From: Raillietiella orientalis
Taxonomy: Eukaryota
Assembly: GCA_036172245.1 (NCBI GenBank)
Contig: JAYWIR010000044.1
Coordinates: 1,054,001-1,118,000 of the forward strand
Reading direction: 5' to 3'
Length of the DNA stretch: 64,000 nt
Part shown: positions 48,765-60,500 of the stretch, piece after piece
Numbering within the stretch: the stretch's first letter is position 1
How the letters are laid out: each line of letters opens with the position of its first letter
Notes under the pieces: generated by a model
What the model was told of the DNA's origin: nothing
The model's database searches: none
Seen by the model: the letters and a program-made list of their open reading frames with translations, nothing else
Position numbers and translations under genes: made by a program

Positions 48765-51700
48765 TTATTCCAATCTCAGGATCTCCAGCGACCAGCGATC
48801 GCCGGGCGAGATCGCCGGCGGAAAACGACGCTCGGGCTCTGTGGGGAACACACTTTGAGCACCGACGCAAACATCGCCACCAACCTAAGAGCAGCCACCT
48901 GCTGCGCAAGTCCCTTCGGGCAGCGTCCTCCTCATCTTCGTCAACTTCCTGCAAAACAACGGTGCACCAAGCTAACCGGCACCACCCGACCTTCGACAGG
49001 GCTTCCTTCGGCCAAACCACTCCAACTTGCGCTCTCACGATCTGCAGCAGCTGCGCGTACAGTTCCTGCAGGTCCACGGCGCTCTCAAACACCCCAGCGA
49101 CGTACAAGGCGTGCAGAAGCTCGCAGACTTCCTCTTCAGGGCAGGCATCGAGGGCTCTTTCCGGCGGGCGACCAAGTCTTACCTCGCAGGCCCTCGGTTC
49201 GCGCGACCAACTGATGCAAAGACACCACCAGCGCCAGGTCCTCGGTGTGAGATCCTTCCCGCAGGCTCAACTTGGGGAACACGCTTTTCACCCTCCTTGA
49301 TCTCCGGGAGCTGCCGCTCGCCCTGCAATCGACGGTTGCCGTTGCGGCAATCGCGGAACGCGTGACGGTTAGTTACGAGCTTGCCGTGCTCGAGTCCGTG
49401 TCCGTCGTCTCCGACGCGTGGTCACAGGCATCCCCGTTCAGCGCTCGAACGCCGGCTCTTTGCGCACGCTGCTGCCTCACCACGCGCAGGCGATCGCACT
49501 GCTGCGTGAAAACCTCCCGCAACTTCTCGATTTCGTTCCTCACGCCTGCTACGTGAGACGTCAACGAGGGCAACAGGTATGCGTCTACGGAACAGGGAGA
49601 AACCACCCTGTCACGGAATGCTTTTCACGGTAGGAACCTGCAAAATTGTCGACGCCGTGCTGGCAAGCCACCCTCCGGGCGTCGCCGTACAATCTTCCCT
49701 TCAGGAGCGCGCCGATGGCACCACCAGCATCGTCCAGGTACTGTTCGTACAGCACGGCCGCATCCCTGTGCTTTCCGTTCAAATCCAACCGTTCCGCCAG
49801 TTGCCGGGCCAGCGAATCCACCTGGCTCTTCTCAAACTGATGCTGCTGGGCGGCTGACATCGCATCCTGCCAGGCATCCGCTTTGCAGAAGGCCGTGACG
49901 GCCTGCTCCGCATCCTTTGCACGAAGCAGCAGCAAACCTGCCTCCCTATACTGGCCCCTTCGCAGCAAATCGCGGGCCCACAGACGACATATTTCCTGGA
50001 AACAACAAGCATGCTGAAGTTGCACGGAGCAACGCAAACTCACTTCGTGCTCCGCGGTTTCAGCACCATATATGGCCATACCTTCCCCATACAAGCGCTG
50101 CTGCTCGATCAGCTTCCGGCATTCGGGCCAGTACTCTGCTCCGCAGGCAGCTAGGTGTTTCAAAGCAACGCGGTATCTCCCGAGATGTACATCAATGGCG
50201 TACTGGCGATATGGAGGACTGTGACTGAGTAGCTTTTCGAGGAAGGGCAAGTACTGCAAGGGATCCTGGTAACTCTGCTGCTGGGCCACCATCAATGCCA
50301 ATTCCACATGATATGTGCCCAGTGCTGCACGATACAGATTGCTGCCATCTATGCGCGTCAGCAAATGGTGTAAGGCAGCATCGCGACTGTGGGGCTGATC
50401 TGAACATCACTGGTATTGGTTTTCATGCAGCGCACTCATATACCTTGCACATCCAACAAGCACAGCAACGCATCTTCTAATCTCGATGGTTTTTCCTTCA
50501 CGTACGTTGTAATCAATGGTAACAACTGATGCTTTGCACCATCCAAACATTTCCTCACAGCCTGGCACAACTTGTTCACTTTATCTGTCACGTGATCTTC
50601 AACTCTATCCGTGTATGCCCATCGATAGATGGTCCGAGTTACGTCCTCATCACTGCATAAAGTTCAATGTCCGCTTTGCTATCAGCATCCACTCTTACCT
50701 GAATTCCTCCAAAAATGTGCAAAATGTGGTCACGTTTGTACTCAACTCTTCCACCATATGCTCCATGTTGGCAAATGCAACAGCTGGGTTGTGATCAATT
50801 AACAAATTGACATGCAACCTGTGGCGACGGATCATGCTCAATGCTTTGCTGTACTTTGGGGGATCGTGATTCAGCAGCTTGCTGATGCTCTCCAATAACA
50901 GCCACCTGGGACGCACCAACTCCAAATTGCCACGGGGCATCTGTAGCACACACGAGTCACTGGCTGACAGCACAAGTTCGCATCCTGCTTCCACTGCACG
51001 CTTTTCGCAAACACTATCCAACACTTCGCTAATCGAAGCACGAGAGCAGTTCAGCACTTTATGCAATAAACTGCTGTCCAGACGGATGCATAGCAACTGA
51101 TGACTGAGGGTAGTGGCGAGAATAAACGGTTCATTCACAACAAGGGTGGCAATGTTGCTCAGAAGCATTGTCTCATTGAAAAACAGGCGACCACAAGATG
51201 AGCGAGTGATCAACAAAGGTCCTCTCTCTGGTACAAAGGTAAGATGGCCATAGACACAGGCAACAGGCAATGTGAACCACAGGACACCATCCCAGAAAAC
51301 ACGCCCATCATGTGCTTGGAAAGCCTGATGCAAGACATCCCCATCGTATGAAGCACACAGGAGCACCACACAGGTGTCCTCTTCTTCCTGTCTAAAGCAG
51401 GAGGACAAGAAAATGAAACCAACTCGAATCACATCACAACCTGAGCAATGCTTTCCCCTTGTCTCTCTCCAGAATGACTTGCACGCGACGCCCTTCGCAG
51501 AGGGCAAGCAACACATCTTTCCCAGGCCAAACCAAGCAGTACAACAAAGAAGGAGGCACTTCAGCCAGTTGCAGACAGCAGGACAAGTGGTGCAGCTGAA
51601 GAAATGATGGCATTTCACACAACACTTGAGTGCCTGCTCCCACTGCATTCTGCTCCTCAGCTATCATGCAATGCACATTGGAATATCACTCCGTTCCCCC

Positions 51701-54050
51701 TTCCTCACTTAATTCGTAAATACGTATGGTTCCAAGATCATCAACCACCAGCAGTTCTCCCTGAGGACCGAAAACCATACTATTCATGCTGGGAGCTTTC
51801 TTCAAACTGTACATAGCTAAGGGAGGAGGAAGCAGCGCTCCCAACAGAGGAGAAATCAGGATCTGTTCTTAGGAATCACCAGATCATAAAGCATGCTCTG
51901 CAAAGTGTCTCCCCTGCTTACCACCATCCACAACAGCAACATGGCCTTGTTTGCTGTGGCAGAAGGACCAGTGGAATTCGTACCTTTGCCAACACCCTGT
52001 CTTCCTTACAACGCAAACGCAGTTTTCTTTCAGAGGGTCCCAGTCGCAACACAGGATATCATCAGCACCTTCCCATTTGCAATACCAATGCCCGTTGCTG
52101 TGCGACCACACTTGTGGCTGGCTGAGGCCAGTTTTCCAGCATTCCAACCAAACCAGCATCAAGCTGCCACTCAAATTCCACCTCAACTCCCGCACCTGAT
52201 CATCCATCTCTTTCGACGGACCACAAATGCTAATGCACTGACCATGCTGCTGCAGTCTCGCACCCCAAGATGGAAATTGGAATAAGGAAGGCCATTTTGC
52301 TCCACGGTCACGATTTTCACTCCGGAAGGACCATGCTGGCTTGTTGTCAGCAGAGTGCTTTGCCCCTTCCAGGACAGAGACTGACCCAAGTATGCAATCG
52401 GAGCTGCCACGTACAAAAGAGCCCCTTCTCGACTGTACGTTCTTATTGTTCGGCTTGCTGCTATTTGTTAAAGAACTGCTCATCTCTTTGTATACTTACA
52501 GGATGTGGGATCCACAAAACTTAAGCCAATCATTAGGCCATCTGCACGCCATGTCACACGAGACAGCAGGTCATCGTGCTCCTGCACTGGAGTGCTTTCT
52601 TCGGATGCGGCCTGAGCTGCCTGCTTCCCCTTCTTCCCATGAAATTGTGTACTTTTGCTTCCCCAGCCCACAGAAACAGGGCGACCTGGAATCAGTGGTC
52701 ATTCTCTCCCATATAGCATGTCTACCTGGCTTGATTTCTGGATCCAAAAGATACTGTTCAAAAAGCACATCAAAATCGGCTGTCATCAGCAAGAAATAGC
52801 GATGTAAGGTAACCAAGGCAAGGAGCTCCTGATCAGGGCTCCACGCCACTGTTTCCATTCCTGCATTTACATTCCCAACACACCTAAGCTAAGTAAGGTT
52901 CATGTTAAGAGGTAATAAAATTGAAGAGATGTCAGAGATTTGAAGAGTACACAAAGCCATGCTATTTTCGTTAGATACAGCTTCCAGCAAAAATTTACTG
53001 CATTTATAAAACTACAAATGAATTGTTGATACTGAGCATCAAATCCATCGATAACATTTATAGTTCTTTTGATACAATACTTATTTAAAAAATCAGATTA
53101 TATAAATTGATTCCGTCTACAGCATTCAGAACTTAATGAAATTTGGCGCACATAACTTTGAAGATAACAAAACTTGCAATCTCAGCAAGTTAATGTTACC
53201 AGATACCAAACTATGGTTATATATTCCCACCATCACAGCAATCTAAGCAGCAGTATGAAACATGAGACTATACTCAAAAGCAAGAGTATACACAAACTAA
53301 ACATCACTTTCCTTCATCATGGGGCATGAAAAAATGATAAACAGTGCCAAGAATAAAAATGAAGCAAATTATGGCAATTTATATGAACATGCTATTACCA
53401 TTGGGAGACTGACCACAAACATAAATAATGGTTTTCCTGAAAGGAAGAAATGACACTGAAAGTGATACAGTTGATGTGGATTATGAATATGAAAGAATGA
53501 AGGTTTGATTTGAATTTCCATGAAGTCCATATCTGGACAAAAGTTCAGATCAAGAAACATTCCTTTAGCATCCATATGAAGAATACTATTTTTAAAATAT
53601 TAGTGTCTCAATGTAGTCCGTATGAATTTCATTCAAGTAAGCATTGATGTTATCTCCTAGTATTTCATTTCAGAAAGGCACATTTTTCTGATAAATTGGC
53701 CTCACTTATCCAATGCTTGCATGATATATTAAAAACACAGAAAACAAATCAACACTCACTTGCTCTACGTTGAAATCGTAGAGAAACAGTTCACCTTGCT
53801 TGAAACAAACACATAATGCATTGGCGGCCCAAATGTAGGTGATGTCAATTGCTACACCTACTTCATGTTCACTTTCAAATGTACAACAGTGATTTGTGGT
53901 GGATGGCCTGTTTGTAATATTAATGTAGTAAAGATCTGGACCTTTTGTAAAATATAATCGGCTCAATGTTTCAATGAAACAGAGCTTATCCACTGATGAT
54001 AAGAATGCATTTTTAACTGAATGTATGGCTTTCACCACGGGGTTCTTCAT
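48765..54050 (-). CDS. ELP1: Elongator complex protein 1 (IKI3/IKBKAP family), 16 exons, ~1251 aa, apparently intact
   Basis: Family motifs: LRCVGNVNAGMETVAWSPDQELL, VGWGSKSTQFHG, VTWRADG, SNGHWYCK, VAVVDG..LLPPP, VLQMPRGNLELVRPR, LLIDHNP, DEDVTRTIY, ALGTYHVELALMVAQQQSYQDPLQYLPFL, SLREGSHTEDLAL, C-terminal FPP..RWSLEIL. Exons with GT-AG introns: 54050-53760, 52888-52726, 52685-52500, 52460-52243, 52195-51922, 51867-51709, 51660-51441, 51391-50699, 50652-50444, 50399-50044, 49995-49638, 49584-49377, 49322-49183, 49133-48991, 48948-48899, 48852-48765; total 3756 nt, in frame; stop TAA overlaps an AATAAA. Confidence 0.95.
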
Positions 54051-54599
54051 TTCTCACATTTCCACAGAAGATATTCCATTTGCCAGGTTAATAGATTGCT
54101 TCGTGCATCTTTTAAACAAAAATTAATGAACACATAACCTAAAGATTTCTAATGTTGTGTTAGTTTGCCATTACTATTTTCTCAAACGTAAAGAAAATTC
54201 CATGAATGGACCAAAGAGCGCAAACATGCACGAATGCCGAGCACGTGTGAGGGGTGCAACTGTGTAAATAAAGCTGTGTAATATACATTAAAATTCTCAT
54301 TAGCACCGCATGAACATAAATAAATCAATATGCGTACATACTTATACAGTTTGCCAATGTACAGCAGTCATCCAATAGCTGACTGCTGTCGGATGCTTGT
54401 TTTGTACAATAGCTCTATGCTTTAAGGTGCTCTTAGGTATATGAAAAAAAAAAAAATCTACACATAAACATATCTACACATACATGTATCCAAATCTATA
54501 AAGTGTATGTATTTTCAAAAGGAGCGTATATTCCACAAAGAATGCGTACAGATCAGGAAGGGACAGATGCCCTGAAGCATTTGAAACTTGACGTGAACA

Positions 54600-57500
54600 T
54601 GGGTGGAACGAGTGCAGCTCAAAAATACAAAACGGTCACAATCCACTGAGATTCTTTGAGATTTCTTGGAAATAAATAAGTTATACTGCTCGATACTTTT
54701 TGTTGTACAACTGATTCCTTTAACAAGCTCACTGTATCACGGTAAGGCTTGTGCTTCACTGAAATCCATTCTTATTTCAGTGAACTTGAAACATGATAAC
54801 CAGTTCTCGAATTTTTCAAGTTGGAATGAAGATGAATTTTGTAGAGAACCGCCACTGAATTTGCCAACAAAAAATCGGCGAAAGTGTGTGCACCCCAATT
54901 TCCTGAATGTCCTGAATCTTGCAATATACACAAAAAGAGAACTGGAGCAATTGAGACCTCAGACATAAGTGAGTAATGCCGAAGAACCGAAGAGCACAAC
55001 CGGAATGTTCTGTGTTTGATTAAGTTTATACTACAAGCAGATTCCATGATAACCAAATAAAGGGAGAAAAGCATTATTTTCACGCATTAGCAGCTCAAAC
55101 CTTGAGTTCGTAGGAACGTTGGATTGGGTCTGCTGTGTGACCGTGTGACCTGCTCGATCTTGTTTTCTTTGACGAACTAACTCGAACTCGAGCAGTTCCA
55201 GAGAAATTTGTGAAGAAAAGCATGTACACGGTTGCTATGGAAGACAGATGTTCAATCAGTCATGCTGAAGTGCTAATCACATTTTCTCACTCTGAGGAGT
55301 CTGCTCGCTGGAGTAGTATTCGATCAGAGTTCGTCAGAGTTCGTTCACCATCATTATTCTTAGACTCCGGTTTTCTTTTGAGAATTAGCTATTCTCTTTA
55401 TCTTAAACTCTTTTTTCAAGTGTCACTTCAGAATTAGTGTCACTCTTTTTAAGAAAATCTTTTTATGATGGGTTTTCTTTCTTTTGCCGAAGACTGTGGA
55501 GTAAGGATACTCCCACAAACTCTCTCTATACACGGTTTGCTCTATTCAGTTGGGAATTCCAGAAAAGCACCGTGCAGCTTCAAAGTTCTGCAACTTCAGT
55601 CTTGGTGATCTACTTGCTCAGTCAATCCTGACAATGACACTTCCATATTGTAAAAGTGGATCTCGTTGGAGATGTTGCATGCAGTGTTTTCCTTTTGCTT
55701 TTCCCCAGCAGCAGCCGACAGTAAATCGAAAATTCGGAACTTTGGAAAAGTATTGGAACATTTGCTGTAAATCCCAGTTTCACGGGAGATACTGCAATAG
55801 TTATTAAAAATACTCGTTTTACAGTACAAAGCTATCTATTATTGTTATCTCTTTTTATTATTGTAAAAATAAGTATTTTACTTAGTATCAGTAAGGCAGC
55901 AGTTAAGAACTACAAGTAGCAGCATATTGAGGAACCAGCGGAGCATGCCAATGGAGCTCATTTAGCTCACGTGGATCCATTAGGTTATTTTCTACTGAAA
56001 GGGTCTGCATGATGTATGCTGATGATTAGATACCATACTCACTGGCACATCACAACATTGCTGGCTTTGAGCTAACTATAAAAGAAAATCCTTTATAGAG
56101 AAATAGCTAATGAGTTTCCAATCTTTCAATCGTTCGAGGATCATCCTTAACTACTTACAACTTAACTAAGTAACATCCTTAATTACTTAATTCTGTGTAA
56201 GTTTCAATCCAGTAGAATCCACTAGGTTATTGCAGCTCATTACAATTGTAGCTACAAATTTGAGCAGGCAACTCAAATAGCTTCTAATGCAAGCTTTTAT
56301 TTACTCACAGATGTCAAATGCCACTTACATTCGAAATTGAGGCAATTAAATTAAATCACTTGATGGAAGCTACACTGTTATCTATAAAAATATGCCGATT
56401 TCCAGATAATTTCAGACAGAGATACTTGGAACACTCCTCTGTAACAAACAAATGCAATTGTACTGATTCATGCGAAACCAAAGTGAGTTTATGAGCAATC
56501 TGAATTTTTTTTCATTCTTGGCAAGGAGCTTTTCATGTTTCATCTTAATCATCCTTCAGTTGACTCATGCATTCTTTGTTTCATGTGATTGTTCTACAGA
56601 ATTTAATTTGCATTTAATATTTTATGGGAACATTGATTCCTAGAGAAAAACTTGATTTCATGCTGTATTATCCTCAAGTTCCTTGAACAAGAATGGTCTT
56701 GGCATGTTGCAATGCTTAAATGCTTACCCATCAACCTTTCAATCGAGTTGCTGGATTGGTTCAAACCCAGGAATGCATCGTTCATTGTACACATTCTCCA
56801 CAAGCATGGAGTGGTTTCCAAACAAGCGATCACTTCCCACTGCTTTGTTTTCTATTGTTTTGTTTTTTCCTAGCTGGTGTGTTGGAAATATTCCTCTTAC
56901 TTGTTTAAATCAACTTGCATTTATAATCTTTTCCTTCCCTTGCAGATTATTTCTGTAAACTGGAATAGTACGTGCCTTGCAAATTGCATCATCATTCCTT
57001 ATTTTGTGAAGACTTTCTAACAGGAAATGAATTGCAAAGCTTCTTTGTCGAAACCACATCTGGTTTTCAAGAGTTTTCTAGATTTTAATGAATTGGTTTT
57101 GAGTTTTTTTCAAGCAGTCAGAATGCTTGCGGAGACAAGAAAAACACTTGCGAACAAATGGTTTTTATGTCATTCCAAATTTTTTCATTTAGTGCAAAAA
57201 TAACCTTTGCCAATACTGTTGACATGTTTTTAAGAATTTTATTCTACAGTGCAGACACTCAAATCTTAAATTTCTTACGCCGTATTATATTACTTATCGT
57301 TTATTTGTAAGAGATATTCTCAGTAGCAATTACATAATGTAACAGCCAGTAAAAATAAACCCTGCATTCTCAAAAATTCGACAACTTGAATGATTAGAAA
57401 AAAGCAGCTGACATCTACCGGACAACTGAATGTTTGCCAACTCTTAGAGTCCCAAGGAACAATTTCGTGTCATATCTCCATGTAAACTTATGATGGCCAC

Positions 57501-60500
57501 TTACAAATTTTCTAAAACTTCTCCTGCCATGATCTCTTTTCACATCTAATGTTTTGGTGACAATTGAATACCAGACTGATTCTTAATCAGCAGCTTCTCT
57601 GCAGTTACCCACGAACGATTGAATCTGGACACGCGACTTGAAACAGCATAAATATAATTGGAAATATCCTATGGTTTCCCTCAGGCCTTGTAGATTTACC
57701 GATAGTTGACCGAGTTGTCTTCAGCAGTTTCAGTTGTCCTAAGTCCTGTCCAATGACTTCATCCTCTTTATCTTCTTCATTTATATATTTTCCTAATAAT
57801 ACGTCGTGAATTCTCAGAGTATAAGTTCCTCGATCATACATACTCTGATTACAATGCAAAAAATAGGGAATTTTCTTATTCCAATTGCGTAGAAAAAAAA
57901 CTGCATTAACTCAACGCTTTAAAAAGGAAGGGTGAATTTTCAATCTGAAGACTTAGTGCACAATGATGCAAAGTCTGTTTAAAATGTTGGATGTATGCAT
58001 AAAATAGTCTGTTCATTTGGAAATTTCCGTTTGCCAAATATGCGCTTTTCCTATATTTTTGTGACAGGAACCAAGATATACATTTCTTTGCACTTTTCTA
58101 AATTCTATTCTATTAGAGTAAGTCTCATTTCAGGATTAATTTAAGCATTAACTGGTATACTAACATTGGCACTGAAATAGCAATAATAAACTTAAACTTG
58201 AGCCATAACAGAACAGATTTTTATAGCAGAGTGACTTTTTCAATTATAGCTGAAAGGTCTCAAAATTTCTCAAAGTCGTTTGAAAATGGTGCCTTTGAAT
58301 TCTCAGTGTGCGTGGGAATCCTGCTATAGTTGCCACCGGTCACCGCTCAAGTTGGTGTGTTGGTGGAAAGGTGAACTGTGTGTGCATTTTATGCACGTAC
58401 ATGCGAAGTCTGTTTCTGTCCAAGTCTATAAAATAGCTATTTCATTATTTGAGTTTTCAATTCTTCAAATATTAAGTGGAAGCCGATGTGTGGTAGGTCT
58501 CAAAGACCAGGTGTTGTTAGATACTTGAAGTACCTAACAACGTGTTAAGTTATCATCACTTCGGTTAATATTAGTGTATCATTACTTAACATAAGAGATG
58601 TATTCCATAAATTCTTCAGGTGCTTGAAACAGCGTACTCATTAAGATGAGTTGCAGTAAATAATCATTTTTTTCAAGCGTACTTGATTTGTGAATAAATT
58701 ATCATTGACAATCAAGACTGGAAGCATAAGATCTCGACTTGATTCCAAACGAGATAAAACAATGCTATAGAGGTTTAGCTTGTTAAGTAACGTAGTTAGG
58801 AGTGATGTTTTCCGTTCAACGTTAGAGAAAGCACATAAGTATAATACACATACTGCTTAATAATGGTAGGCTCAACAAAATGTGGATTTTCATTAAGTGC
58901 AAAGCTGAAATGCAAATAGAAACAGAAAGCAAGCGAATGATGGAGCAAGGTTTTCCTTTTAAAGTCAATAAGCTGTATTGCTTCTAGATTTATTTTTGGT
59001 TACATCGAGTTAACACATTATTCTTCAGGTACCACAGACCATTCATTTAGTGCAAATGAGTTTTATAGCAAAGTATTTCGGAATCATGAAAAAGGCAAAA
59101 TTACGGTAGACTTCTAAGCGCCCTGTCAAAGAGGCGTGATACTGGCAGGTAAGTGGTACCTCAAATAAAGCTGACAGCTTTATTTGGCTACCAGAGTGTA
59201 GACTCTGCAGTGTCCACTTTGCCCTTGCTTAACCCATGGGGCTACCAAGATCTTGTCCTAGTTTAGTCGAGAACCTACTTGACACACCAATTAAGGTGTT
59301 GAGAATACTTGCCATCACAGCTTGTGGCCATGTCATTCTGAGTGATTCCAGAAGGATGCATGCAAAGTCCAACATTATCAGGCGAACACTTCATGGTTCA
59401 GAACTAGTCCTGCTTATTTTAAAATATGGATTCTTCATCGTCCTTTGTATTTTTTGGTGCTTCCCTGTTTTTTCCCAATGCTGCTCTTTGAAAGTTCAGG
59501 GTGTGCATATTCCCAAGTCAGTTTTGGAACTGTGCACATTGCACACACCAAAGCACATTTTAGTTTGTAAGGAGAAAACTTCAAACATTCACTTACGATG
59601 TAAGAGATGCTTGTGAACATGCAAGCATCACTTTCTGTTGGGTCTCCATCCCACTCCAGCTTTTTATCAGTTGTGAAATGGTCAAGCTGCATGGTGGTGG
59701 TTTCATAAGTGTTGCTTTGAGGAGTTTTCAAGATAATTCCAGATAAGATTGCACACCAAGCCCCAACTGGCATTTTAGACATAATCAATGAAACAACACA
59801 AGGAATTGTGAGACTGTGACTTACAATAGGAACTAAACTGTGATTCCACCCTAGCATCCGTTTACACTGCATACGAATCCATTGAGGGAAGTTTGCAGTG
59901 GACTGCTTTGTGATCAATTATATGCTGCTTCGTCAGATTTGCGTTTCTTCTGTCGAGGGACGTATTAGAAGGGTTGGCGCTTACTGTGTCTGATCATTAC
60001 AAAATGCGAGTGTTGGCTTGATTGTGAGATGAGGCGGTTTTGGAATGGGTACTTAGCTGGGATCAAATGCTTCCCTTTTCCGCGAATAACTTTTGTGGAT
60101 AGCTCTGGTCGACCTCGTGTGTTTTTTCATTTCAATAATCCAATGAGATGTGTTTAGGCAGAGTCATCGTTTTCCTATTCAGCAACATTCTAAAACACAT
60201 CAGGTGAGTGGAAGGATGGAGCTTTGAACGCTGAGATCTTTTCTGTGATTGTCTATGGTGCGTTAAAGTCCGAAGTCAGCGTCGGGGTGAAACGCCACAG
60301 GCATCCGAAACACAGCCATCCGAAGGCACGTGCAGCACGGATCTCCGAAGACAAATGTCCCGTTGCTTGACGGTCAGCTGACAAAAACCTTCCGGGTGAA
60401 GTTCAGTTTCAGTGTCCCTCCCACAGTGCCCGAATCCAGAACCATTATCTTGCGTAGAAGTTAACAGGAATTTGCACTTGGATTCTTGGGGGATGCTCAC
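54600..60500 (-). other. Probable unidentified multi-exon gene
   Basis: Several short open segments bounded by AG/GT and ~45-70-nt intron-like gaps (e.g. ~57697-57845 SMYDRGTYTLRIHDVLLGKYINEEDKEDE; ~55290-55390; ~59435-59917). I could not assemble a continuous frame or recognise a family. Confidence 0.3.

Noticed and set aside
48503..49300. 265-aa plus-strand ORF
   Set aside because: Antisense shadow of GC-rich ELP1 3' exons.
51780..51840. Apparent frameshift in ELP1 exon 6
   Set aside because: On recounting, the frame is open (LLPPPLAMYSLKKAPSMNSMVF).
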